A DNA stretch of 63,463 nt, counting the filler, from Octopus bimaculoides (taxonomy: Eukaryota), in the NCBI RefSeq assembly GCF_001194135.2. It is 8 parts of 7 records of this genome, joined end to end, with 100 filler letters (N's around TTAATTAATTAA, not from the genome) between each part and the next. Parts side by side here need not be neighbours in the genome. Positions count along the whole stretch, not along the records: positions 18,887 to 22,549 come from NC_068989.1; positions 22,650 to 50,364 come from NC_068983.1; 6 more parts are not named here. One strand, 5' to 3'. Under the pieces are notes generated by a model. It had not been told where the DNA came from. It worked only from the letters and a program-made list of their open reading frames with translations, and did no database searches. The position numbers and the translations under genes are program-made. Within the stretch, counting starts at the first letter, position 1. Each line of letters opens with the position of its first letter. This document shows positions 22,546-35,840 of the stretch, piece by piece.

Positions 22546-24140
22546 GCAANNNNNNNNNNNNNNNNNNNNNNNNNNNNNNNNNNNNNNNNNNNNTTAATTA
22601 ATTAANNNNNNNNNNNNNNNNNNNNNNNNNNNNNNNNNNNNNNNNNNNNTATATATATATATATATATATATATGATGTGTGTGTGTGTATATTTCAAAG
22701 GTATGTACATGCATATACATACAAATGCTCATTGTATTACACAACGAAAAAGATTTTACTTTGTTCCCATCGCTAATTTAAATGTCAAAGTGGACACATG
22801 CACCTGCACCGGGCTAGATTTAAGGTATACTTTTGCTCCGATAACAAGCGATATATTTCATCGACTGCTATTAACTTATCTCGAGTTTGACATGATAAGT
22901 GTTGTAGATTGGTTTAACTCTATTTTGGGCTCACAAATTGGTGATACATTAACTGTTTCTCTCTCTCGCTATCTTTCTCTCTCTCGCTATCTTTCTCTCT
23001 CCCCCCCCCTACACACCACCTCTCTCTCTAAGAATTTACTTCTTGCTATTTCTTCTATTGTCTTTTATTTGTTTTTCCATTCAAACTCCATTTTCCTCTT
23101 AGCTTTTTGTAAATTTCTTTTCTGCATTTATAGTTTATCTTTAATTTCCCCCGCCATCTTTCTCATTCGTTATTCCTCTTATATATTTTTCAACTTTTAG
23201 CCTTCATTACTTTAGCACATCTATTTAAATTCTTTTAGTTTCTTTTCAGATGTTAAACTGTTTTTGAAGCTATTGTTCGTGTAATTTTATAAAATAAATT
23301 CTTTTGTTTCCACTCTCAATGTGGTGGTCGTGGGGTATATGATAAACTGCAAATTATATTCCTCTATACAACAAAGCTCTTATGTAATGTATCATATCAC
23401 ACATCACTCTTTCATTCCGCTTAATCTAATATATCAGCCAGATACAAACGTGAATATTAAAACGAACGACCAAGCTTTCAGTATAACAGATAATTGCTTT
23501 CCAATTCGCAATTTATAGTTAAGGTAATTCATGTTTCTGATATTTTAGGTTCGAACACAATTTCCGTCTGTTCGTCGTACATTAAAATCCAGGAATCAGT
23601 TTCTGACAGAATATTTTCGGAATTCAATTGGCTTAAATTTTAAACTCATTGTCATAAATTTGAGCGATATAGCTTTTCTCTCACAGAGAAGAAGATTACG
23701 TAACAAAATATCAAAAATATAAATACCGCATGGGAAACTGAGTTACCAGCATGACAATATGGATTACAATTTGACCCTATGAAAAGCACTCACTTGAAGC
23801 TATAAATCTTAAAGAAAACTGAAAAATAAAGGCAATAAATAATTAAATAAAACGTACATATAACCTGCTAAAAGAACCAAGAATATATATTCATATAAAT
23901 TAACATGCTCATACACACGCACACACATACGCACACACACACACGCACACACACACACACACACGCACTCAATATTTCTTCAGAGGTACATACCTAGATA
24001 GAAATACACCCATATAATAGTTTCTTTGATGACGTGCAAATGAGAGAAAGGTTTTACAGAATTATATCTATTTATACAGAGATGTAAACTAATTAATTAA
24101 TTATTTAATTAACTAGTTGATATCTATATACACAATTTAC

Positions 24141-24283
24141 ATTCTGAGTTCAAATGCCACTGAGTTTGACTGCTTTCATGCTTTCGGGTTCGATAAAATA
24201 AATACCAGTTGAGTACTGAGGTCTATGAAATCTACTTGTACCCTCATCCCGATAATTGCCGGCTTTGTGCCAAAATTCGAAGT
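24141..24283 (+). mobile_element. SINE family A, 5'-truncated
   Basis: B box GAGTTCAAAT through GGCTTTGTGCCAAAATT. Confidence 0.75.
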
Positions 24284-25210
24284 CAGTATTTATATATACA
24301 ATCCTCTGAGTCTAGAGAGAAATTTTGATGTATTCTTTATAATTTTTGACATATTTAATATAGCGATTTTCCAGTTGAGTGTTGTTACTCATTTGAAAAT
24401 TTTAATGCATGAATTTCCCATCTATTTCATATCGCCTGCAAAATTCAAGTCTGGCTTTCATTTCCGACATTAAATGCACGATGATTAACATTAGCTATCA
24501 GCAGTTGAAGTCTCAAATGAAACAATTAAAACTGTCAATCAAATAGCGGATTTCATGATGGTGATGAGATGAAATTTCCTGTATTATAGCTGGTTATTAA
24601 TTATCTCTGTGATTATGATGCATTAATCGCTTAAGGAGGACATCGTTGCAAAGTAAACAGTGAAATAAGCTCACGGGAACTAAATTGCAGCGACCCCCGC
24701 ATATCTTAAAACAGAATCCGATCTATGTGTGACATACATAAATATACATATATGTGTCTTTTATTGTTTACGTGTTTTAGTTATTGGACTGCGGCCATGG
24801 TGGGGCACCACCTTCAAGGGTTTAGTCAAGCAAATCAACCTCACTAATTTTTAAAATCTTATGTGTGAGTGAGTGTGTGTATGTGCGTGTGTGTGTGTGT
24901 GTGTGNNNNNNNNNNNNNNNNNNNNNNNNNNNNNNNNNNNNNNNNNNNNNNNNNNNNNNNNNNNNNNNNNNNNNNNNNNNNNNNNNNNNNNNNNNNNNNN
25001 NNNNNNNNNNNNNNNNNNNNNNNNNNNNNNNNNNNNNNNNNNNNNNNNNNNNNNNNNNNNNNNNNNNNNNNNNNNNNNNNNNNNNNNNNNNNNNNNNNNN
25101 NNNNNNNNNNNNNNNNNNNNNNNNNNNNNNNNNNNNNNNNNNNNNNNNNNNNNNNNNNNNNNNNNNNNNNNNNNNNNNNNNNNNNNNNNNNNNNNNNNNN
25201 NNNNNNNNNN

Positions 25211-25253
<43 letters not shown>

Positions 25254-25972
25254 CATATTACACTACATATATGTAATACATATAAATGCATGTTCAAAAT
25301 ATTTATATGCTTGTATGGTTTTATGGAAATTTGTCCAAATGCTTAGAATATTGGTCTTCCAATTGCGCCAATCAGAATTAAACATGTATATTGATTATAG
25401 CCATAATCATGGTTTCTATGTGTTTATATATGAGTGTTTGCCCTTATCTGAGCACCTGTTGCAGACATGAGTTATTAAGTAATTAAGTAAACAATCTTCA
25501 ACTCTTAATCAAAAGTCCATTTCTGTTGAATGAGAAGATGTCCAGAAGAAATCATGGTATTAGTTAGTTAATACGAAGGCAGTAGGCTTAATATAATGAA
25601 AGATAAATAAATCAAGGGTATTTTAGAACGCATATGTTAGCTGAATTGACACCTGAGTTGCATTTTTATGTATGGTTGTGTGATCTGTCTGCCAGCGTAC
25701 CTGCCTGTGTCTGTGTATATATAGTGTTGGCCAAAAGTCACCCGCCAGTAAATCAAAATTCCATTAATACTATCTGTAATTCTGTATTGACTCAAATGGT
25801 AAAATGTGTCGTTCGAGAAGGACAGCAGTTTGAACAATTTTCATGATTTTTTCATATTTAGATGCTTTTATCAAATTCATTCAGTTGTTAAACATAAATA
25901 AATCTTGGAAGTAAATAGTTCTGATTTACTGTCAGGTGACTTTTAGCGCACTCTGTGTGTGTATATATATAT

Positions 25973-26139
25973 AGTCAATTACATCGACCCCAGTTCTCAA
26001 TTAGTACTTATTTATCGACCCCGAAGGGATGAAAGGCAAAGTCAGCCTTAGTGGAATTTGAACTCAGAACGTAAAGACAGACAAAATTCCACAAAGTATT
26101 CTATCCGGCGTGCTAACGATTCAGCCAGCTTTCCGCCTT
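25973..26139 (-). mobile_element. SINE family A
   Basis: TTTATCGACCCCGAAGGGATGAAAGGCAAAGTC...GAATTTGAACTCAGAACG...CGTGCTAACGATTC. Confidence 0.85.
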
Positions 26140-26600
26140 ACCACACATATATTTATATATTTATAACAGTTTTGTTCAGCTTTATAGTTTCTGAAGAGAA
26201 CACTTCTACCCAGACGCCCACAAACATTTGCCATACGGAGATGAGTCAAACTGTTATTAAAAACTCTATGGAACTCCTGCCAAATGTGTTCATTGCCACT
26301 CATATCATTTGTCCACTCACTAATGATTCACTTCTCTCGGAACCTGCACCTCTCGCGTTCCGAAGTATATTATGGACCGTATATTTAATACATTATACGT
26401 TTCTAGATTAGCTCAAGGGCTGATAATATACTCAGTTGGGTTCAATTAATTGGATGCAGTGTCTGAATATCTTATTACCCGTACTTCGGTACCAATGTTT
26501 GGATTCGTCTTTAGTCGGTGTATAAGCCTTTTTACCATTTAAGTGCCTTATTCACCTGACTTTTAAGACATATATATATATATATATATANNNNNNNNNN

Positions 26601-26684
26601 GGTCTCTTTTGCCGAACTGCTAAGTAACGGGGACGTAAACACACCAATATCGGTTGTCAAGTGATGGTGGGGTGACAAATGCAG

Positions 26685-26723
<39 letters not shown>

Positions 26724-26908
26724 AATACATGTGTGTGCGTGTGTGTACGACGTAGTTCTTTCAGTTTCTGTTTACCATATCCATTCACAAAGGTTTGGTT
26801 GGCCCGAGGCCATAGTAGAAGACACTTGCCCAAGGTGTTACGCAGTGGGACTGAACCCGGAACCATGTAGCTGGGAAGCACTCCTCTTACCACACAATCA
26901 TGCCTGTA
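26601..26908 (-). mobile_element. SINE family B
   Basis: GACACTTGCCCAAGGTG CORE-like motif, GGGACTGAACCCGG B box, internal (CA)n. Confidence 0.85.
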
Positions 26909-27324
26909 CGTGCGTGCGTACATTTATATTATATATTATTATCAATTACTGCGGATGTATCTTTGTCTTTCAATTTCCCTATCTAGACATACGTATACAA
27001 CAAGCACTTTGCTTGTCAAACACCCCGTGCATTATACACATTTCAAGGTAAACATAAGACTTATAAATTTCATGATATATAATCTGGTATGAGGCCAAAA
27101 AATTGGACACTTCCTCTTCGGTTGAATATGCATTTATGACTAGGAGATATCATAACAAATATATNNNNNNNNNNAAGTCATGATCGTTGGTTTTTCGATA
27201 AAAGCAACGATTATCCGTTTGGTTATTCCGAAAGTCTTGCATATTTTTACTGTTCCACATACAGATTGTATCTGTAAAGTTCGCATTATATGGATCCTTC
27301 ATAGCTTGAAAATTCTAGCTTCTC

Positions 27325-27471
27325 TAGACAGTGTCACGTGACAACATGCGGGAGCTGCCTGCTGGAGCCTAGCAGTGGGTACGACTACGCGCCCTCCATT
27401 GGGCAGTTAAAGTTTAGACAGTGTCACGTGACAACTTGCTGGGGTTGCCTGCTGGAGACTAGCAGCAGGTA
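27325..27471. repeat. 57-bp direct repeat pair, 90 bp apart, each with palindrome TGTCACGTGACA
   Basis: 27325-27381 vs 27415-27471, 50 of 57 positions identical. Confidence 0.9.
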
Positions 27472-28120
27472 TTTCAAGGAAAATTTGCCAAGACAGTCAG
27501 TCGGTCACTGACACTCGTTGACGCTGCATCGAAGAGGCCAGGGAACAGAAGAAAGAAGACATGCACTCAACGCCAGAGCTGAAGACACCTCCGAAAGAAG
27601 GGGCCCTGCCACGTCAAAACAGTAGAGGAGTAGGGGTCGAACCCGNNNNNNNNNNNNNNNNNNNNNNNNNNNNNNNNNNNNNNNNNNNNNNNNNNNNNNN
27701 NNNNNNNNNNNNNNNNNNNNNNNNNNNNNNNNNNNNNNNNNNNNNNNNNNNNNNNNNNNNNNNNNNNNNNNNNNNNNNNNNNNNNNNNNNNNNNNNNNNN
27801 NNNNNNNNNNNNNNNNNNNNNNNNNNNNNNNNNNNNNNNNNNNNNNNNNNNNNNNNNNNNNNNNNNNNNNNNNNNNNNNNNNNNNNNNNNNNNNNNNNNN
27901 NNNNNNNNNNNNNNNNNNNNNNNNNNNNNNNNNNNNNNNNNNNNNNNNNNNNNNNNNNNNNNNNNNNNNNNNNNNNNNNNNNNNNNNNNNNNNNNNNNNN
28001 NNNNNNNNNNNNNNNNNNNNNNNNNNNNNNNNNNNNNNNACAAACACAAACACACACACACACACACACACTCACTCACTCACTCACACACACACAAACA
28101 CAAACACACACACACACACA

Positions 28121-28277
28121 TACGACAGGCGTCTTTCAGCTCCCGTCAACCAAATCAATTCACAAGGCTTTGGTCGGCCCAAGGCTACAGTAGAAGTCAA
28201 TTGATCAAGTGCCACGTACTAGGACTGAACCCGGAAACGTGGTTGGGAAGCAAACTTCTTAACACACAGCACCTCTT
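28121..28277 (-). mobile_element. SINE family B, 5' half
   Basis: CACAAGGCTTTGGTCGGCCC...GGACTGAACCCGG. Confidence 0.75.
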
Positions 28278-29203
28278 GCAAAGAATTTTTGCTCATACTA
28301 ATCTATGTTCTATAGTTATACAGGTGGAGAGGCCCCATGATTGTCCACGTCTATTTTCAATATATCTCAAATGTTCGATTATGACTTTTATATTTACCGA
28401 ATCTTTGAAATATAAAGTAAATACATGTTCGAACTTATTTCACTTAACTATGTTTGTGTACCCAAATCAACCTCATGTTCTTGGTGAAAACAAATATATA
28501 GACATCATGCATACGTACAGCACATACGTATATACACATACATACAAACATATATGCATTACATTACAGTACAGAACATACATGCTTACATGGTTATATA
28601 AAGACACAAATATATTTATTTATATTCATATGACCGGAGGAAATTGTATGTATGTGTGTGTCAATACATATATACATGTATACATAGAGTTTGTGACCTG
28701 TTAATACTATGCGTCTTCAGCTTTAATGAAGTGAACACACTGCTCTCGTGAAGGATATTGTCCATATATTTTTTTAATGTATTGTTGGTATTGATGTAGT
28801 ATATATGTTCAATTAGAATTTATTATCATAAAGTAGAATGTACAGCGACAGAGGATTAAAAAATAAAAAGAAAATTATGTAGCGAGTGATTTATAAAGGT
28901 TATTGATACCAGGAAACCAGAGATATTGAATCTGCATATATGGAGATATAAGCAATAAGCTGGAATAAACAAACATATATATTGAAATATTTCGAACTGG
29001 GAATAAGAGATCACATAAGCAATAGAAAACAGATAATGAATGAGTAATGTATATAAAGGACTTGAACTGTGGGAAAAAGCAAGAAAAAAATTCGTTCAGA
29101 TGAGGAAAGAGAACGGCAAGAGAAGGGTTGAAATTTAAAAAAGAAAGCAGAGCGACAAAGAAGAATGAGAAAATTCTCTCTATCTCTCTCATCTCTCATG
29201 AAT

Positions 29204-29245
<42 letters not shown>

Positions 29246-29572
29246 NNNNNNNNNNGATCGATACACAATGATAATGAATGATAGGTGGTGGAGATAAGTA
29301 AAAAGAAGGGAACTGAAAGGAAAGCTGACAGAAATAAAAGAATATTGACAATTATATACATATGATAAATACATGTGCACACACACACACACACACACGC
29401 GCGCACGAACGCATTAATATTAAAATGAAGTAAAGCGTAGAATAAAAAAGTGGAAGAATAAGTGCTAGAGCATGGATACTAGTAAAAGATGAAAAGGACT
29501 GATCCAGAAGGGAGGGAATAATGATGATAATAATAATAATAATAATAACGGCAACAACAACGACCATTACTA

Positions 29573-29995
29573 TTATAGGCACAAGGCCTGAAATTCGGGG
29601 GAGGGGGATAATCGACTACATCAACTGGTACTTATTTTATCGACTTTCGAAAGGATGAATGGTAAAGTCAGCCTCGGCAGCATTTCAACTCAGAACGTAA
29701 CGACGGACGAAATGCCTCTGAACATTTTCTCCCGCGTGATAACGATTGTGCCACCTCGCCGCCTAATTAATAATAATACGTTCTACTATAAACACAAGGG
29801 CTGACATTTCGGAGGAGGGGCTAAGTCGATTACATTGACCCCCAGTACTCATACTCAACTGGGGTTTATTTTATCGATCCCGGAAGGATGAAAGGCAAAG
29901 TCGTCCTCGGTTGAATTCGAACTCAGAACGAAAGACAGACGAAATGCCGCTAATTATTTTGCTCAGCGTGCTAACTTCTCTGCCACTTCGCCACC
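29573..29995 (-). mobile_element. Two tandem SINE family A copies within (AAT)n
   Basis: Copies at ~29573-29763 and 29781-29995, flanked and separated by AAT repeats. Confidence 0.88.
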
Positions 29996-30069
<74 letters not shown>

Positions 30070-30462
30070 ACTACTACTTTCTTTATTGACAACCAGGGTC
30101 GAATACAAAACATACAAAATGATACAAAAACGAGGGACAGTGATGTTAAATGTGTAAACAGCAAACAATCACGATTAGCAAATAGATCAACTCAGCAATA
30201 TGATTGCTCTATAGAGGGGAGTTCCACAGTAAGGTGACAAAAGAGACTTCACGCACTTTGGAACCCTTAACACCAAAGGCTCCTCAGGAAGGCATTCTCT
30301 CCTCTCCCTTCCATCCGGCCCACAGGCGCACACGTAGAGCAGGCCCCTTTCACGCGGTCCGTTCTTGCCACGTTCACGCACCATTCAACGAACTTACTGG
30401 GTGACCGTATCTTCCTCTCTAGCCTCACTTTCCTTCTAATAATCAAGACAATGATGATGATG

Positions 30463-30515
<53 letters not shown>

Positions 30516-30611
30516 CATAAGAGCACCACAGCAAACCACAGCACATGCCCAAGGCGCACAGAGCTGCGCTCGGTAGTGAAGTGAAAGCACGTAATAAAAA
30601 TAAAACTACTG

Positions 30612-30668
30612 AATAATAATAAGAAGAAGAAGAAGAATATGAAGAAGAAGAAGAAGAAGAAGAAGAAG

Positions 30669-30721
<53 letters not shown>

Positions 30722-30753
30722 CGACGACGACGACGACGACGAGGACGACGACG
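30612..30753. repeat. Compound microsatellite (AAT)-(AAG)n-(AAC)n-(GAC)n
   Basis: Read directly. Confidence 0.95.
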
Positions 30754-31483
30754 AAGCATAGTCAGAAGAATCACAAAGATCGAAAAGAAAAGTAATGTGT
30801 AGGGAAGGCCTTATGTAAATATGTATATGGAGATTGATAAGTTTAACAATCATTAACAAACTCCTCTGTCAAATGATACAAATTACGCTAATGGTTGATG
30901 TATTGCCAAAGTCACTATCAGGGACAACAAATATTTGTTTCTTGATGCTTCTTTCTAAACATTTCGCCTTTTGATATTGTTTGTTATCTGCAATTCCTCT
31001 GCTTCTTTCTCGCGTTTTATTCTTATCTACAGTCTATCTCTTCCTTACCTCCTTACAATCTCATTTATTTTCTGAGAAATTATGTGTATTTTTCTCTTTT
31101 CTTTTCTCCTTTTTTGTTGTCTTTTTGCTTGTTTATTCCCTGTCCAGCATTTCTTACCTTTAGTTTGAGTTTTCCTATATTCCATTAGAAATTGTTTTCT
31201 TTCCTTTCTTCTACTACTCATTTTTCTTGCGTCTACATATATGTGCCACTCCAATTATGAGATGAGAGTCTACAATACGACTTTCCAGAATAATCTCTGA
31301 TATATTGTGCATGTGTACGTGTGTGTTTATATATGTATACATACATCTATATATTTAGTATATTTATGTGTATAAATTTGTAAGTATATTTATGTGTATA
31401 TATGCAAATATATATGTATGTAGATATATATGTGTTCGCGTGTGTGTGTATATATGTTTGTATGTGTATGTATAAATATCGAC

Positions 31484-31517
<34 letters not shown>

Positions 31518-32211
31518 CAAGTATACCTGAAGAAAGAAACACCAATTGATCCATATTCTTTATGAACACACACAAACACACACATACATGCACGCACACG
31601 CATATACATAAATGCACATATATATACATAATACATAGCTGAAGCTTCGAATATTTAATTTAATAACCATATGCATGGAGGAAATCTGTCTTCACTGACT
31701 GCGTATCAGCGCGCTTCAGGTAGCATAAAGCTAATTGCTCTTCGGTAAAAATATTCAAGTAGCGCCATATCGCTGTTCACTTAATCATCAATAAAAGAGG
31801 GGACGTCTCTTATTGGGTGCTCGATTGCAAAATTAAAGAGCTGCTGCTGCTGTAGTTGTAGATGCTGCTGCTGCTATTGTAGATGCTGCCGCTTCTGTTG
31901 AACATAGCTGTGCAAGATATATTTTCTCTTGCACAGTATCTACGCCATTTTCGTTTCAGCTTCTCCTACGTCATCGTCGATACAACGCTGTAATTATAAT
32001 GTTCATAATGGTAACTCTTGTCCTCGTCCTCCTCTTCCTCCCCTTCCTCCTCGTCCTCCTCGTCCCCCTCTCTTCCTCCTCATCCTCCTCTTTCTCTTTA
32101 TCCTCGTCCTCCTCCTTCTACCCCTCTCCCTTCTCCCCTTCTTCCATCATCACCATAATCATCGCGGCCGTCATCATCATTATCGTCAGCCTTATCAGAA
32201 TGCTAATGAAA

Positions 32212-32466
32212 GTGCGTGGCTTACTGGTTAGGTATTCGGCTCACAATCGTAAGATTGTGAGTTCGATTCCTGGCAATACATTGTGTCCTAGAGAATGAAA
32301 CTTCATTTCACGTTGCTTCAGTCTACTCAACTGCCAAGCATGAATTGAAATTGTCGTTTAAAGCGTGACCCTTGTCTCGTTTTGTGTCACCCTGAATCTC
32401 CCTGAGAACTACATTGAGGGTACGCGAGGCTGTGGCGTGCTCAGTAATCTTGCACGCTAATTTCAC
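32212..32466 (+). mobile_element. SINE family D (different tRNA head, same 3' module as family C)
   Basis: GCGTGGCTTACTGGTTAGG...GAGTTCGATTCCTGG head; 3' CCTGAATCTCCCTGAGAACTACATTGAGGGTAC...TTGCACGCTAATTTCAC. Confidence 0.75.
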
Positions 32467-32560
32467 ATATTACATTTCGTAATTAAGTATTATTAGAAAC
32501 TGCATAAAAATTTGTTGAATTATTTTGTGTATTGTAAAAGTATAACCAATTTATTATTCG

Positions 32561-32756
32561 TTTTATTCTTTTAATTGTTTCAGTCGTGTGAGTGCGGCCA
32601 TACTGCAGCACTACCCTTTAGTTGAACAAATCGACGCCAGGACTTAATTTTTAAAGCCTGGCACTTATCACATCGGTCTTTATTCCCGAACCGCTAAGTT
32701 ATTGGGACATAAACACACCAACACCGGTTTGTAGCAGTGATGAGGGGGCTAACATA

Positions 32757-32802
<46 letters not shown>

Positions 32803-32934
32803 TATTCGACGGGTTTCTTTCAGTTTGGTCGGTCCGAGGCTACGGTAGAAGACACCCAATGTGCTATGCAATGAGAGTGAACGAAGAACCATATGACTGG
32901 GTAGCAAGCTTCTTACCACACATTCACACCTGTA
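32561..32934 (-). mobile_element. SINE family B with internal deletion
   Basis: 3' half, internal (CA)n and tRNA-like head TTCTTACCACACATTCACACC. Confidence 0.8.
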
Positions 32935-33466
32935 AATGAAATTTTAACTATAAAAATTTTGTATGGACCCCAAGGGCCTTATGAACCCCAAGTGAGAAAG
33001 CTTGGTTTAAATGAATATTTTCCTTCTACTCCTTCACTCCTTCTTAAAATAGTGACCTCTACTTTACCTCTAGCTGTCCACGTACTTTAATTTTCGCTCA
33101 TGTAACCATAACCTAACATCGCTTCCTGTTTTTGTCTCTTTCTGTGTCTGTCTACAAATACACCCATACTTTACTGTACGTGCTGTAACTGTTGTTACGA
33201 ATCGCTCTTATATAGAATATAGAACAGGATATAGAATTCACCTGTCTTTCCACTTCCCCCTGTCAACTCGAATCTAAATAAGGATTCACCCCAAAAAGTC
33301 GAAAAATTTAGTCTACAAAACAATATTTCTTCCTCGAGTTACGTTTTCTTGCAAAATGTAATTATTGCTGGCGGAGACTATTACCAGTTACATCGGATTT
33401 TATTTTATATTCTATGTCTTTATCTCTTTCCTCTCTTTCCTCCCCAGTCTCTCTCTTCCTCTTTCA

Positions 33467-33528
<62 letters not shown>

Positions 33529-33550
33529 GTCTGTCTTTGTTCATGATGGC

Positions 33551-33624
<74 letters not shown>

Positions 33625-33774
33625 GCGCGTGTGTGTATGGATGTATAGGTATGTTCGTCTACGTACATACAAATGTACATATACACATACTGCTGTTCAC
33701 ATAAATCGGGGCTTTCAGACAAGAAAACGTGTACGCATTCATTCACACATACACAAACGCACACGCATATATAT

Positions 33775-33809
<35 letters not shown>

Positions 33810-34949
33810 CATATGCACATGCATACATATGCACATACCTACGTACATGAAAATACACACGCGCGTGCACACACAAACACACACGCATATATATATACAT
33901 ATATATATATAACCAGAATTATCTGTTTTGTGATGTCGAGGATGGTGCGAGATACTGGAGGCTAGGGTTTATATGTAAATCCGATGTTAGAAGCAGGTGG
34001 CTACGTAAGCTAGGGAAAGGAAGCGCATATCCGTCAGAAAACAAGAATGAATAGTGACGAAAAACTATTAAAAATAAAATAAATATTTGAAGAATGAAAG
34101 TAAGGAAGAAAGAAATACAAAGGAAGATTGATTTTCCTGTTGACAGATGAATACCGAAATGCTTGAACTTATGGTGACGCTAATGAGTTGATTTAAAGAT
34201 GTATATAAATATAGAAAATGAAAATGAGATAAAAATGTCTGAAAAGTTAAGGACAGTAATAGGAATCAGAATATGAAAAAATATAAATGGAAGTATGATA
34301 TAAAGTAGATTGCAAGGAATAGGACACACATCATAACGAAGGAATGTTGAAGGAGAAATCTGAAGGGTTTTTGAAATCGAAAGTGTTGACAAGAGAGAAA
34401 AAAATATGGGATTCTGAAATAGGAAAAAAAAAAAAAGATTCGGATGTGCAGTGTTAAGAGTTTGTGCAATGTTAAGCATGAAGACAACTCAGACTCATTT
34501 TGAGGAAATATGCCTTTCAATTATTTTTTTTTATCGCTTTTCATATTTTTAGCTAGCTGCTAGCTAAACTTTCATTCTAAACAATAGCGTTAAAGGAGCC
34601 AGACAAATATAGAAACATGACAATGTCGTTGAGAGATTGCGGAAGACATGGCTCTGAATTAGAGTTTGAGTTGATGTTAGGGAAGATAAAAGTCATATAC
34701 TTTCATGAAACTATTGTATCATGATTTATAAGCACTGTCGGCGTAATATTTACATATGCGGTGTCCTATCACTTCTAGGTTTTTAATTAGAAACTGGCCA
34801 GCAAAATGCAAGCAGCGTTGAAAGCACTTTTGTGAGAGAAGTCTTGCAGGGAGACATATTATGGTTGCTACTTGCTGAATAAATAAAATTGTATTGGAAC
34901 ATGCGTTTGGACGTTTATCACTCTTTCTTTTGCCTTTATATCCTTTTCT

Positions 34950-35125
34950 GTGTGTGACTGTGTGATCAGAACTTTATATGTCTCAACCACATAATTGCAG
35001 GTTCAGTCCTACTCCGTAGCATCTTACACAAGTGTCCTCTGCTACAACCTTAGGTCATCCAAAGCCTTGTGAGTGGATTTGGTAAACGGAAACGGAAAGA
35101 AGCCCATCGTATATATATATATATA
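34950..35125 (+). mobile_element. SINE family B, 5' half, ending in (TA)n at a gap
   Basis: CAGGTTCAGTCC B box...AAAGCCTTGTGAGTGGATTTGGTAAACGGAAAC. Confidence 0.75.
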
Positions 35126-35213
35126 TNNNNNNNNNNNNNNNNNNNNNNNNNNNNNNNNNNNNNNNCATGGATGGAATTTATAAATTCCATCCATGGATTA
35201 TTATTATTGTCAA

Positions 35214-35403
35214 GGCGGTAAGCTGGAAAAATCGTTAGTGCGCTGGACGAAATGCTTCGCGGTATTTCGCCCGACGCTACGTTCTGAGTTCAAATTCCGA
35301 CGAGGTTGACTTAGCCTTTCGTGTCCGATAGATTAAGTACCAGTGAAATACTGGATTGATGATTCACTTATCCCCTCCCCCTGAAAATGGCTGTCCTTGT
35401 CAA

Positions 35404-35406
<3 letters not shown>
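35214..35406 (+). mobile_element. SINE family A followed by (CTA)n
   Basis: GGCGGTAAGCTGGAAAAATCGTTAG...GAGTTCAAATTCCG. Confidence 0.85.
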
Positions 35407-35472
<66 letters not shown>

Positions 35473-35619
35473 GTTACATTTATCTTACATTATATCGACA
35501 CAGCACTGTACAAGCCCATAAAATTGCTATTGCCAGTTGATATCATTAGGCTGTAGTCTGCGTAATAAAATAGAAACTTTTATATGCATATTCAAAACGT
35601 TTCCATGAGCGAACAGAAG

Positions 35620-35840
35620 CGATATATATATGTGTATGTGTGTGTGTCTGTGTGTGTTTGTGTGTGCGGCTGTGATTGTCCCCAACACCGCTTGAATATC
35701 ACCGTTGATGTGTTAACGTCCCCGTAACCTATTGGTTCGGCAAAAGTGGACGGTAGAACAAATTGTACTAGGTTGATTCATTCGTCTAAAATTCCGCTGC
35801 CCCAGCTTGGCCGAAGCCTAATGACTGAAACAAATAAAAT
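35620..35840 (+). mobile_element. SINE family B, 3' half (old)
   Basis: AACGTCCCCGTAAC...GGTTCGGCAAAAG...ATGACTGAAACAAATAAAA. Confidence 0.7.

Noticed and set aside
27588-27622. Hammerhead-like CTGAAGA...AAAAC in the GC-rich element
   Set aside because: No closing pair for stem II, GAAA is not in register, and a gap hides the rest.
22006-30378. Splicing the 30.4-kb donor to the 22.0-kb acceptor (phases are compatible)
   Set aside because: One-in-three chance match, and the join crosses the synthetic linker at 22550.
30267-30590. ORF resembling a transmembrane helix plus basic stop-transfer (poly-Ile then RRK)
   Set aside because: The hydrophobic stretch is an (ATT)n microsatellite.
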